Below are positions 56,814 to 64,000 of a stretch of 64,000 nt of DNA, piece by piece. This DNA is from Candidatus Aminicenantes bacterium. GTDB taxonomy: Bacteria > Acidobacteriota > Aminicenantia > Aminicenantales > Saccharicenantaceae. Within the stretch, counting starts at the first letter, position 1, and every line of letters starts with the position of its first letter. The notes beneath the pieces are model-generated. The model was not told the DNA's origin, searched no databases, and saw nothing but the letters and a program-made list of their open reading frames with translations. The DNA lies in assembly GCA_041303965.1 (NCBI GenBank), contig JBFYOD010000001.1, positions 30,552 through 94,551 of the forward strand. The letters run 5' to 3'. The position numbers and the translations under genes are program-made.

Positions 56814-58860
56814 TTTTCCCCTCCCTCAATTGGATGTTCAAGGCGGATCTCAGGTGGCCGACGATGTCCTGTTCGACGCGGTCCACTTCCTCGGCCACGA
56901 GCGTCCTCTGGGGATGACGGAAGCGGAAGCGGACGGTCAGGCTGACCTTGTCGGCGGGGACGGACGGGCCGGCGAACCGGTCGCGGAGCTCGAACCCCTC
57001 GAGAAGAGCGGGATTGAGCTTGGCCAGAGCCTGGCCGACCTCCTGATAGGCGACGTCCCTGTCCAGAAGGAACGACAAGTCGCGGCTGACCCCCGGAAAT
57101 TTCGGGACCGGCGCGTACTGGAAGGCCCGAGGTGTCTTCTCGAACAGGGAAGAGAGATCGACCTCGGCGGCGAAAACGGTCCGGTCGACCGCCGACGCGT
57201 CCGCGAACGCCTTCCGGATGGCGCCGAGACAGCCGACCGCCTGGCCTTTGTACAGGAGCGCCAGGGCCCGGCCGGGTTCGAAATGGGGGTGGTCCCGTTC
57301 CTCGAACGTGACGGGCTCGAAGCGGAGCGCCTCCACCATCGCCTCGAGGGCGCCTTTGAGGACGAAGAAATCGGTCTCCGCCGGGGCCGAAGTCCAGCCC
57401 GCCCCGGGCAGGAGCCCGGTCGTGAGCAGGCCGAGGCGGAGCTCCTCGCGGTGCTTGTCCCCGTCCCAATAAAAGACGTTCCCCTGCTCGAAGACGTGGA
57501 CCCCCTCGAGTCCCCGGTTGAGGTTCCAGGCCGCGTTCTCGAGAAGTCCGGGAAGAAGCGTCGTGCGCAGCACGGACGCCCGGTTCGAGATGGGGTTCTG
57601 GACGTCCACCGGCTTGAGCCCGCTCCCCGCTGCCGCTTCTTTTTCCGGATCGGCGAAGCTCCAGTTGATGACCTCGTCGAAGCCCTGGCCGAGCAGGATC
57701 TGCCGGAGCTTCCCGAGACGCTCCCTCTTCCTGTTGACGCTCAGGTCGAACGAACGGACCGGCGAGAATTCCGAGGGGATCCGGTCGTAGCCGAAGAAAC
57801 GGGCGACCTCTTCGATGAGGTCCGCTTCCCGGCCGATATCCACCCGGAATGTGGGGGCCTCCACCCGCCAGACGCCTTTGTGGGTGCCCTCGACGCGGAA
57901 GCCCAGGCGCCCCAGGACCTCGACGACGAAGCTCTCGGGGACGTCGACGCCCAGCAGCTCGGCGATCCGCCGCAGGCGGAGCCGCACGGACTTGGGCTTG
58001 TGCGGCTTCGGATAGACGTCGATGAGGCCCTGTGAGGCCCGGCCGCCCATCTGCGTCAGGAGAGACGCCGCCATGAGCGCGGCCTGCGGCGCGAAGCCGA
58101 CATCAGCCCCCCGCTCGAAACGGTAGGAGGCGTCGGTCGAGAGGCCCAGCTTCTTGGCCGTTTTGCGGATCCCGACGGGGTCGAAATTGGCGCTTTCGAT
58201 GAAGACGTCCCGGGTCGCATCGGCGATGCCCGAGGCCTCGCCGCCGATGACGCCGGCCAGGGCCACCGGCCGGGACTCGTCGGCGATGACGAGCATGTCG
58301 GTCGTAAGGTCGAGCGTCCGGCCGTCGAGGTCCTTCAGCGTCTCGCCCCGTTTCGCCTTGCGGACGACGATCCGGCCGCCGCCGATCTTTCCGAAATCGA
58401 AGGTGTGGATGGGCTGGGCCGTGGCGAAGAGCACGTAATTCGAGACGTCGACGACATTGTTGATCGGCCGGAGGCCCATGGCCTCGATCCGGCGCTTCAG
58501 CCAATCGGGAGACGGGCCGACCGGGACGTCCCGGACGACGAGGCCGCAGTAACGGGGGCAAAGGCCTTCGTTCAAGATCTGGACGTCGGCGATCTCCGTC
58601 GTGGCCTGGGGCAGCTCGGCAAGCAGCCAGTTCCTTTCAATGAGGGGAAGCCCGAGCATGGCCCCGATCTCCCGGGCGATGCCGAGGTGGCCGAGCGTGT
58701 CCGGCCGGTTGGCGTAAGTTTCGAGGTCGAGGATGGCGTCCCCGTCCCGCTCTTCGACGCTGTCGGCGACGAGCCCGATCATGGTCAGCCTGTCGAGGAG
58801 TTCCTGGCGGGGGATGTCCACCGTGACGAACTCGCGGATCCAGTCCAGGCTGATCTTCAT
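56797..58860 (-). CDS. pheT: Phenylalanine--tRNA ligase beta subunit
   Basis: MKISLDWIREFV...ETYANRPDTLGHLGIAREI... ATG at 58860 overlaps the pheS stop. The longer ORF to 59106 is rejected. Confidence 0.95.
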   Translation of the reverse strand: MKISLDWIREFVTVDIPRQELLDRLTMIGLVADSVEERDGDAILDLETYANRPDTLGHLGIAREIGAMLGLPLIERNWLLAELPQATTEIADVQILNEGLCPRYCGLVVRDVPVGPSPDWLKRRIEAMGLRPINNVVDVSNYVLFATAQPIHTFDFGKIGGGRIVVRKAKRGETLKDLDGRTLDLTTDMLVIADESRPVALAGVIGGEASGIADATRDVFIESANFDPVGIRKTAKKLGLSTDASYRFERGADVGFAPQAALMAASLLTQMGGRASQGLIDVYPKPHKPKSVRLRLRRIAELLGVDVPESFVVEVLGRLGFRVEGTHKGVWRVEAPTFRVDIGREADLIEEVARFFGYDRIPSEFSPVRSFDLSVNRKRERLGKLRQILLGQGFDEVINWSFADPEKEAAAGSGLKPVDVQNPISNRASVLRTTLLPGLLENAAWNLNRGLEGVHVFEQGNVFYWDGDKHREELRLGLLTTGLLPGAGWTSAPAETDFFVLKGALEAMVEALRFEPVTFEERDHPHFEPGRALALLYKGQAVGCLGAIRKAFADASAVDRTVFAAEVDLSSLFEKTPRAFQYAPVPKFPGVSRDLSFLLDRDVAYQEVGQALAKLNPALLEGFELRDRFAGPSVPADKVSLTVRFRFRHPQRTLVAEEVDRVEQDIVGHLRSALNIQLREGKIDNRT

Positions 58861-59891
58861 TTCGCCCCGAATTGCCTGAGGAACCTCAGGTCGTTCTCGT
58901 AGAAGTGGCGCATCTCGGTGATGCCGTAGGCGAACATGGCCGTCCGGTCGACGCCCAGCCCGAAAGCCCAGCCGGAATACTTTTCCGGGTCGATGTTGAC
59001 GTTCTTGAGGACCTGGGGGTTGACCATGCCCGAGCCGAGGATCTCTTTCCAGCCCGTCCCGCCGCAGACCCGGCAGGACTTGTCCTGGCCGCCGCAGACG
59101 ATGCACTCGATGTCGACCTCGGCCGAAGGCTCGGTGAAGGGGAAGAAGCTCGGCCGGAAGCGGACCTTGATCCTCTCCCCGAACAGGGCCCGGATGAAAT
59201 ATTCGAGCGTCCCCTTGAGGTGGGCGAAGGTGGCGCCTTCATCGACGACCAAGCCCTCGACCTGCATGAACATCGGCAGGTGCGTCGGGTCGGGCGTCTC
59301 ACGGCGGAAGACGCGGCCGGGGATGATGATCCGGATGGGCGGCTTTTTCTTCTCCATGACCCGGATCTGAACGGGCGAGGTATGGGTTCGCAGAAGGAGG
59401 TCGTCCTTGATGTAGAGCGTGTCCCAGCTGTCGCGGGCCGGGTGGTGGGGCGGGAAATTGAGGGCTTCGAAATTGTAGTAATCGGTCTCGATCTCCGGCC
59501 CCTCCTCGATGGCGAAGCCCATCCCGAGGAAGATGTTCTCGATCTCCTGTTGGAAGAGGACGAGCGGGTGGGGAGCCCCCACGTATTTTTTCCGGCCGGG
59601 GAGCGTCAAGTCCAAGGCCCGGGCCGGGCGGCCGGCCGAACGGACCCTGCCCTCCAGGGCCTGAAGTCCGTCCTGGACGAAGGTCTTGAACGCGTTGACC
59701 TGCCGGCCCGCTTCGCGCTTGTCTTCCGCGGGCACGGTCTTGAGGTCTTCGAACAGAAGGGTGACGTGTCCCTTCTTACGGCCCAGGAAGGCGGTCCGGA
59801 GCTCTTCGAGGGTTTTCGCGTCGCCGGCCTTGAGGGCCTCCGCCTCGAACGCTTTGCGGAGACCTTCGATCCGGTCCTTGAGGTCCGCCAT
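58857..59891 (-). CDS. pheS: Phenylalanine--tRNA ligase alpha subunit
   Basis: ...HPARDSWDTLYI...LRTHTSPVQIR...FRPSFFPFTEPSAEVD... Confidence 0.97.
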   Translation of the reverse strand: MADLKDRIEGLRKAFEAEALKAGDAKTLEELRTAFLGRKKGHVTLLFEDLKTVPAEDKREAGRQVNAFKTFVQDGLQALEGRVRSAGRPARALDLTLPGRKKYVGAPHPLVLFQQEIENIFLGMGFAIEEGPEIETDYYNFEALNFPPHHPARDSWDTLYIKDDLLLRTHTSPVQIRVMEKKKPPIRIIIPGRVFRRETPDPTHLPMFMQVEGLVVDEGATFAHLKGTLEYFIRALFGERIKVRFRPSFFPFTEPSAEVDIECIVCGGQDKSCRVCGGTGWKEILGSGMVNPQVLKNVNIDPEKYSGWAFGLGVDRTAMFAYGITEMRHFYENDLRFLRQFGAK

Positions 59892-59900
59892 CTCCGGCAG

Positions 59901-60257
59901 CTAAGCCGCTGGTTCTTTCGCTTTGCGGGCCAGGTGGGCGAACGTTTCGGGGGCGTTGACGGCCAGTTCGGCCAGGATCTTGCGGTCCAGGGCGATGCCG
60001 AGGACCTTCAGGCCCCGGATGAACCGGCTGTAGGAGGTCCCGTTGATGATGGCCGCCGCCTTGATCCGGACGATCCAGAGGCTGCGGAAATCCCGCTTTT
60101 TGGCCCGCCGGTCGCGGTAGGCGTAAAGAAGGGACTTCTCGACCGCCTCCTTGGCCGTCCTGTAGTTGCGGCTCTTGGCGCCGAAGTATCCCTTGGCCAG
60201 GCCGAGGACTTTCCTCCGCCGGTCTCGTCTCTTGGTGCTGCGTTTTACGCGTGGCAT
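59901..60257 (-). CDS. rplT: 50S ribosomal protein L20
   Basis: [29 protein letters not shown]... Confidence 0.97.
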   Translation of the reverse strand: MPRVKRSTKRRDRRRKVLGLAKGYFGAKSRNYRTAKEAVEKSLLYAYRDRRAKKRDFRSLWIVRIKAAAIINGTSYSRFIRGLKVLGIALDRKILAELAVNAPETFAHLARKAKEPAA

Positions 60258-60284
60258 GGTCGTCTCCTTGGGCGCGGGGCGCCG

Positions 60285-60485
60285 TTACATCTCGTACGGG
60301 AGCATGGTCTTGAGGGCTTTGCGGTCGGCCGGGCTGGCGACGGCTTTCTTGCCCAGGTGCCGCTTGCGCTTGGAGGCCTTCTTGGTCAGGATGTGGCTTT
60401 TATTCGCCTTGGCGTGGAGAAATTTTTTCTTCGCCGTGACCTTGAACCTCTTTTGCGCTCCCTTGTGGGTTTTTAACTTTGGCAT
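60285..60485 (-). CDS. rpmI: 50S ribosomal protein L35
   Basis: [36 protein letters not shown]... GGAGG RBS. Confidence 0.95.
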   Translation of the reverse strand: MPKLKTHKGAQKRFKVTAKKKFLHAKANKSHILTKKASKRKRHLGKKAVASPADRKALKTMLPYEM

Positions 60486-61041
60486 CTTTTCCTCCTGATT
60501 TCGTGGGGACCAGCAGAGCGGAGACGGCCCAATCCTGCTTCCGGGCCGAACCATCCTGAGCCGCCATATCCTTCACGTCGGCGAGGACCCTGTCGAGAAC
60601 CTGATATCCGAGCTCCGGCTTCTGCTTTTCGCGGCCGCGCAACATGACAGTGATCTTGACTTTGTTCCCTTCCCCGAGGAAGCGCTTGACGTGATTCATC
60701 TTGAAGTCGTAGTCGTGGACGCTGATCTTGGGGCGGAACTTGATCTCCTTGATCTGGATCTGCTTCTGGTGCTTCTTGGCCTCGTGGTCCTTCTTGTGCT
60801 GTTCGTACAGGAACTTGCCGTAGTCCGTGATCTTGCAGACGGGCGGCTGGGCCGTGGGCGCGATCTCGACGAGATCGAGGCCCCGCTCGCGGGCCATCTG
60901 AATGGCCTGGCTCGTGGGCAGGACACCGAGGGCGTTCTTCTCCTCGTCGATGACCCGGACTTCCTTCGCCGGGATCATTTCGTTCGTCCGGTGGGGCTTC
61001 GCCTTGGCGACCGCAGGATAATACGAGTGTCTCTTGAAAAT
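60400..61041 (-). CDS. infC: Translation initiation factor IF-3 (ATT start)
   Basis: ...[17 protein letters not shown]...LDLVEIAP...[11 protein letters not shown]... In-frame ATT at 61039-61041 lies 6 nt after AGGAGG and directly after the thrS TAG. The ORF runs 86 nt into rpmI. Confidence 0.9.
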   Translation of the reverse strand: MFKRHSYYPAVAKAKPHRTNEMIPAKEVRVIDEEKNALGVLPTSQAIQMARERGLDLVEIAPTAQPPVCKITDYGKFLYEQHKKDHEAKKHQKQIQIKEIKFRPKISVHDYDFKMNHVKRFLGEGNKVKITVMLRGREKQKPELGYQVLDRVLADVKDMAAQDGSARKQDWAVSALLVPTKSGGKDAKVKNPQGSAKEVQGHGEEKISPRQGE

Positions 61042-61053
61042 GTCGGTCCTCCT

Positions 61054-62814
61054 CTAGAAATTCATCGTCAAATTTTTATTCTGATGGAATTCCTTGGCTT
61101 TTTCAAGGAAAAGGGCGATATCCACTTCGCCCTTGTCCCCCTGGCCGTGGACGCGGAGGGAGGCGCTTCGGCGCTCGACCTCCTTGTCGCCGACTACCAG
61201 GATGAGCGGGATCTTCTGGACCTCCGCCTCGCGGATCTTCTTGCCGACCTTCTCCCGGCTGAGGTCGACGGCCGACCGCAGGCCGTTCGCCTGAAGCATC
61301 CGATCGATGGACCGGGCGTAGTCTTCGTGGCGTTCGGCGATCGGCAGGACGACGGCCTGGACGGGTGCGAGCCAGAGGGGAAAGCTCCCGTTGTAGTGCT
61401 CGATGAGGACGCCGAAGAACCGCTCCAGGGAGCCGAGCAGGGCCCGGTGGACCATGTAAGGCCGGTGCTCCTTGCCGTCCTCGCCGACGAAGGTCATGTC
61501 GAAGCGCTCCGACATGTTGAAGTCGAACTGGATGGTCGTGCACTGCCAGAGGCGGCCGAGGGCGTCCTTGATCTTGATGTCGATCTTGGGGCCGTAGAAG
61601 ACGGCCTCGCCCTCCATCCGCTCGTAGGCGAGGCCCCGGGTCTCGAGGGCCTTGACGAGCGACGCCTCGGCCCGGCACCAGAGGTCGTCCGTGCCGCAGT
61701 ACTTGGCCGGGTTCTTCGGGTCGCGCACCGACAGCTCGATCTTGTTGTCGGTGAAGCCGAAATCGGCCAGGATGGAGATCGAGAAATCGAGGACCCGGAG
61801 GATCTCCTCTTCAATCTGACCGGGGGTGCAGATGATATGGGCGTCGTCCTGGGTGAAACCGCGGACTCGGAGCAGGCCGTGGAGGGTGCCGCTGCGCTCG
61901 TAGCGGTAGACGGTCCCGAGCTCCGCCCAGCGGAGGGGCAGGTCCCGGTACGAACGCATCCGGGACTTGTAGATCTCGATGTGGAAGGGGCAGTTCATCG
62001 GTTTCAGGTAGTAGGCCTGGTCATCGATGTCCATCGGCGAATACATGCTGTCCTTGTAGAAGCCGAGGTGGCCCGAGGTCTGCCAAAGGGCCGCCCGCCC
62101 GATGTGGGGGGTGAACAGGATGTCGTAGCCGCCGGCCCAATGGCGTTCCCGCCAGTGCTGCTCGATGACGGCCCGGACGCGCGCGCCCTTGGGATGCCAG
62201 AGGATGAGGCCGCCGCCCAGTTCCTCGTTGGTACTGAACAGGTCGAGCTCCGCGCCGAGCCGGCGATGATCGCGTTTCCTGGCCTCTTCGAGCAGGCGCA
62301 GGTGGTCTTCGAGCTCTTTCCTGGAGAAAGCGACCGTTCCGTAGATCCGCTGCATCTGCGGTCCCCGCTCGTCGCCCTTCCAATAGGCCCCCGAGACCGA
62401 GAGCAGCTTGACGTGCTGGAGGACGCCGGTGGAAGGCACATGAGGGCCGAGGCAGAAGTCGGCGAACGGCCCCTGCCGGTAGACGGTCACGGTCGCGTCG
62501 CCTTTTTCCCGGATGAGCTGGACCTTGAGCTCCTGCTTCTCTTCCTCGAACATCCGGATGGCTTCGTCCTTGGCCAGGACGAGCCGCTCGACGGGGACGT
62601 TCTCTCGGGCGATCTCCTTCATCCGCTTCTCGATGGCTTCCAGGTCCTCGGGCGTGAAGGCCTTCTCCCGGAGGAAGTCATAATAGTAGCCGGTCTCGAC
62701 GGCCGGCCCGATGCCGGTCTTGGTCTCGGGGTAGAGGTCCAGGACGGCGTGGGCCAGGAGGTGCGCGGCACTGTGCCTCAGAACGTCGATCGTCATAACG
62801 GTTTCGTCACTCAT
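61054..62814 (-). CDS. thrS: Threonine--tRNA ligase (no N-terminal TGS domain)
   Basis: 586 aa starting at the editing/SAD region (LRHSAAHLLAHAV), followed by the class II catalytic core and anticodon-binding domain. Confidence 0.95.
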   Translation of the reverse strand: MSDETVMTIDVLRHSAAHLLAHAVLDLYPETKTGIGPAVETGYYYDFLREKAFTPEDLEAIEKRMKEIARENVPVERLVLAKDEAIRMFEEEKQELKVQLIREKGDATVTVYRQGPFADFCLGPHVPSTGVLQHVKLLSVSGAYWKGDERGPQMQRIYGTVAFSRKELEDHLRLLEEARKRDHRRLGAELDLFSTNEELGGGLILWHPKGARVRAVIEQHWRERHWAGGYDILFTPHIGRAALWQTSGHLGFYKDSMYSPMDIDDQAYYLKPMNCPFHIEIYKSRMRSYRDLPLRWAELGTVYRYERSGTLHGLLRVRGFTQDDAHIICTPGQIEEEILRVLDFSISILADFGFTDNKIELSVRDPKNPAKYCGTDDLWCRAEASLVKALETRGLAYERMEGEAVFYGPKIDIKIKDALGRLWQCTTIQFDFNMSERFDMTFVGEDGKEHRPYMVHRALLGSLERFFGVLIEHYNGSFPLWLAPVQAVVLPIAERHEDYARSIDRMLQANGLRSAVDLSREKVGKKIREAEVQKIPLILVVGDKEVERRSASLRVHGQGDKGEVDIALFLEKAKEFHQNKNLTMNF

Positions 62815-62901
62815 TCTCTATGTCCGCTGTGGTTCACAAGGGCAGGCGATTCAATTCCGGCCGGTCCGACGGCCCCTTGAATTCTGACCGCTTGGTTCTC
62901 G

Positions 62902-62976
62902 TGGTAGGCGCGGAGGGGATTGAACCCACGGCCTCTTCCGTGTCAGGGAAGCGCTCTCCCACTGAGCTACGCGCCT
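62902..62976 (-). tRNA. tRNA-Val (anticodon GAC), CCA encoded
   Basis: Minus strand AGGCGCGTAGCTCAGTGGGAGAGCGCTTCCCTGACACGGAAGAGGCCGTGGGTTCAATCCCCTCCGCGCCTACCA. 7-bp acceptor stem, D and anticodon arms, loop CTGACAC, T loop TTCAATC. One U-U mismatch in the T stem. Confidence 0.85.
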
Positions 62977-63108
62977 AACTTTCGCTTTTTAAGGCTGTTA
63001 TATATTATGGAAATCGGGGGGAACTGTCAATACGCCGGGCATTCCTCCCGGGGCTTCACCACGACCCGCTCTGTCGGTTATAATAGGAGGGCGGAAAAGC
63101 GGACGATC

Positions 63109-63591
63109 ATGATCGGCATCCTCTCCGATTCCCACGACAACCTGACCCGGGTCCGCGAGGCCATCCGCCTATTCAACGACGCCGGCTGCGACCTGGTCAT
63201 CCACGCCGGCGATTTCGTCGCCCCCTTCACCGTCGATGAGCTCCGCAACCTCCACGCCCCGGTCAAAGCCGTCTTCGGCAACTGCGACGGCGAGAGGGCC
63301 GGCCTGGCCAAGGCCTTCGAGGGGCTGGGCGAGCTCAGGGAGGCGCCCTTGAAATTCTCCCACGCCGGCCTCCGTTTCCTCGTCTGCCATCTTGACGCCC
63401 CCGTCGACCGGCATCTCGCCTCTAAGGCCTACGACGTCGTCGTTTTCGGGCACACCCACAACCCCCTGGCCGAGCGCCGGAATGGGGTTCTTCTCGTCAA
63501 TCCCGGAGAAGCGGGCGGCTGGCTCAGGGGCAAAAGCACGGTTGCCCTCCTCGACCCGGCCGCCCTGACCGCCGAGATCGTTATCCTCTAG
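63109..63591 (+). CDS. YfcE/MJ0936-family metallophosphoesterase
   Basis: MIGILSDSHDN...VIHAGDFV...FGNCDGE...VVFGHTHNP...LVNPGEA. ATG at 63109 inside the longer ORF. Confidence 0.85.
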   Translation: MIGILSDSHDNLTRVREAIRLFNDAGCDLVIHAGDFVAPFTVDELRNLHAPVKAVFGNCDGERAGLAKAFEGLGELREAPLKFSHAGLRFLVCHLDAPVDRHLASKAYDVVVFGHTHNPLAERRNGVLLVNPGEAGGWLRGKSTVALLDPAALTAEIVIL

Positions 63592-63829
63592 AGGTTAGCC
63601 ATGGCCCACCCCGTCAACCGCCGCCAAAAACCCGCCTGGCAGAAGGTCCGCCGGCCCCCGGCCCCACCGCGCCAGGGCGGAATGCTCAAAAAAGCCCCCG
63701 GCCGCAAGATATCCCCTCCCCCGAAGCCCAGATAAGGGATTTTCTCAACAAAATCGAGGCTCAGAGACCGGCCGGCAAGGATCTCCATCGCGCCCGGGAG
63801 TTCCCCAAGGAGGCCGTCGAACACAGGGG

Positions 63830-63965
63830 CTGAGGGTGTCGTCAGAGGGAGCATAAAGCGGTGATTCAGGCTTCCCGGGACGGATACGCGGCGACCTCCC
63901 ATCGGATCCGGACCGGGAAGGCGTTAAGAATCACCGCAGCGAACGGAGACGATGCCCGAGGCCCC
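63830..63965. repeat. ~136-nt repeated long-hairpin element, copy B
   Basis: Matches 15358..15493 along its whole length with the same nested inverted repeats: 63834-63843/63948-63957, 63858-63866/63929-63937, 63871-63879/63912-63920. Confidence 0.8.
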
Positions 63966-64000
63966 TGGACGGCCGACGGCGGGAGCGGCCCGGGCGATAT

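Noticed and set aside
60691-62880. 729-aa plus-strand ORF antisense to infC and thrS
   Set aside because: It is antisense to two conserved translation genes and runs into the tRNA gene. Composition is artefact-like.
63588-63902. 104-aa minus-strand ORF at the window end
   Set aside because: It is Gly/Arg/Pro/Leu-rich with no motif, no RBS noticed, and overlaps the repeated hairpin element. More likely non-coding.

Overview
High-GC, gene-dense bacterial chromosome segment. The organism is a diderm (LptD, outer-membrane beta-barrel proteins) and probably an anaerobe. I call about 65 protein genes, one tRNA-Val(GAC), and a ~136-nt hairpin element present twice. I found no CRISPR array, rRNA, transposase or prophage.

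Most of the window is conserved housekeeping. A long minus-strand gene train runs tRNA-Val, thrS, infC, rpmI, rplT, pheS, pheT, zapB-like, zapA, rny, ymdB, xseA, xseB, dxs, tlyA, nadK. Other core genes are trxAB, atpIBE, lptD, rfbB, purF, carAB, glmS, dprA-topA-xerC, eno and pstSCAB.

The unusual part is the first 11 kb:
- hypB/hypA are followed by a five-gene redox operon (973-7347). It joins a HydBC/Bfu-type NuoE/NuoF flavin-FeS module to a NuoF::GltD fusion, a HydA-N-terminal-like FeS protein, and a stand-alone GltB-like FMN protein.
- A six-gene, translationally coupled cluster follows (7581-11249). It is built around a [FeFe]-hydrogenase-like protein with a degenerate H-cluster motif, plus 2x DRTGG, 2x stand-alone HATPase and a PHP protein (hfs-like putative H2/redox sensor).

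Other observations worth a second look:
- the repeated 136-nt hairpin element, one copy directly after eno and one near the window end
- an Rrf2 regulator with a Cys triad and tandem palindromic operator heading a pst operon that has no phoU
- a 667-aa helical-repeat protein sharing an N-terminal domain with its HD-GYP neighbour, both apparently co-transcribed with glmS
- an ATP synthase c subunit with a signal-peptide-like extension and a partial Na+-site signature
- an ATT start for infC (and possibly carA), and an infC tail that reads through the rpmI start

All functional calls come from reading the translated ORFs. No database search was run.
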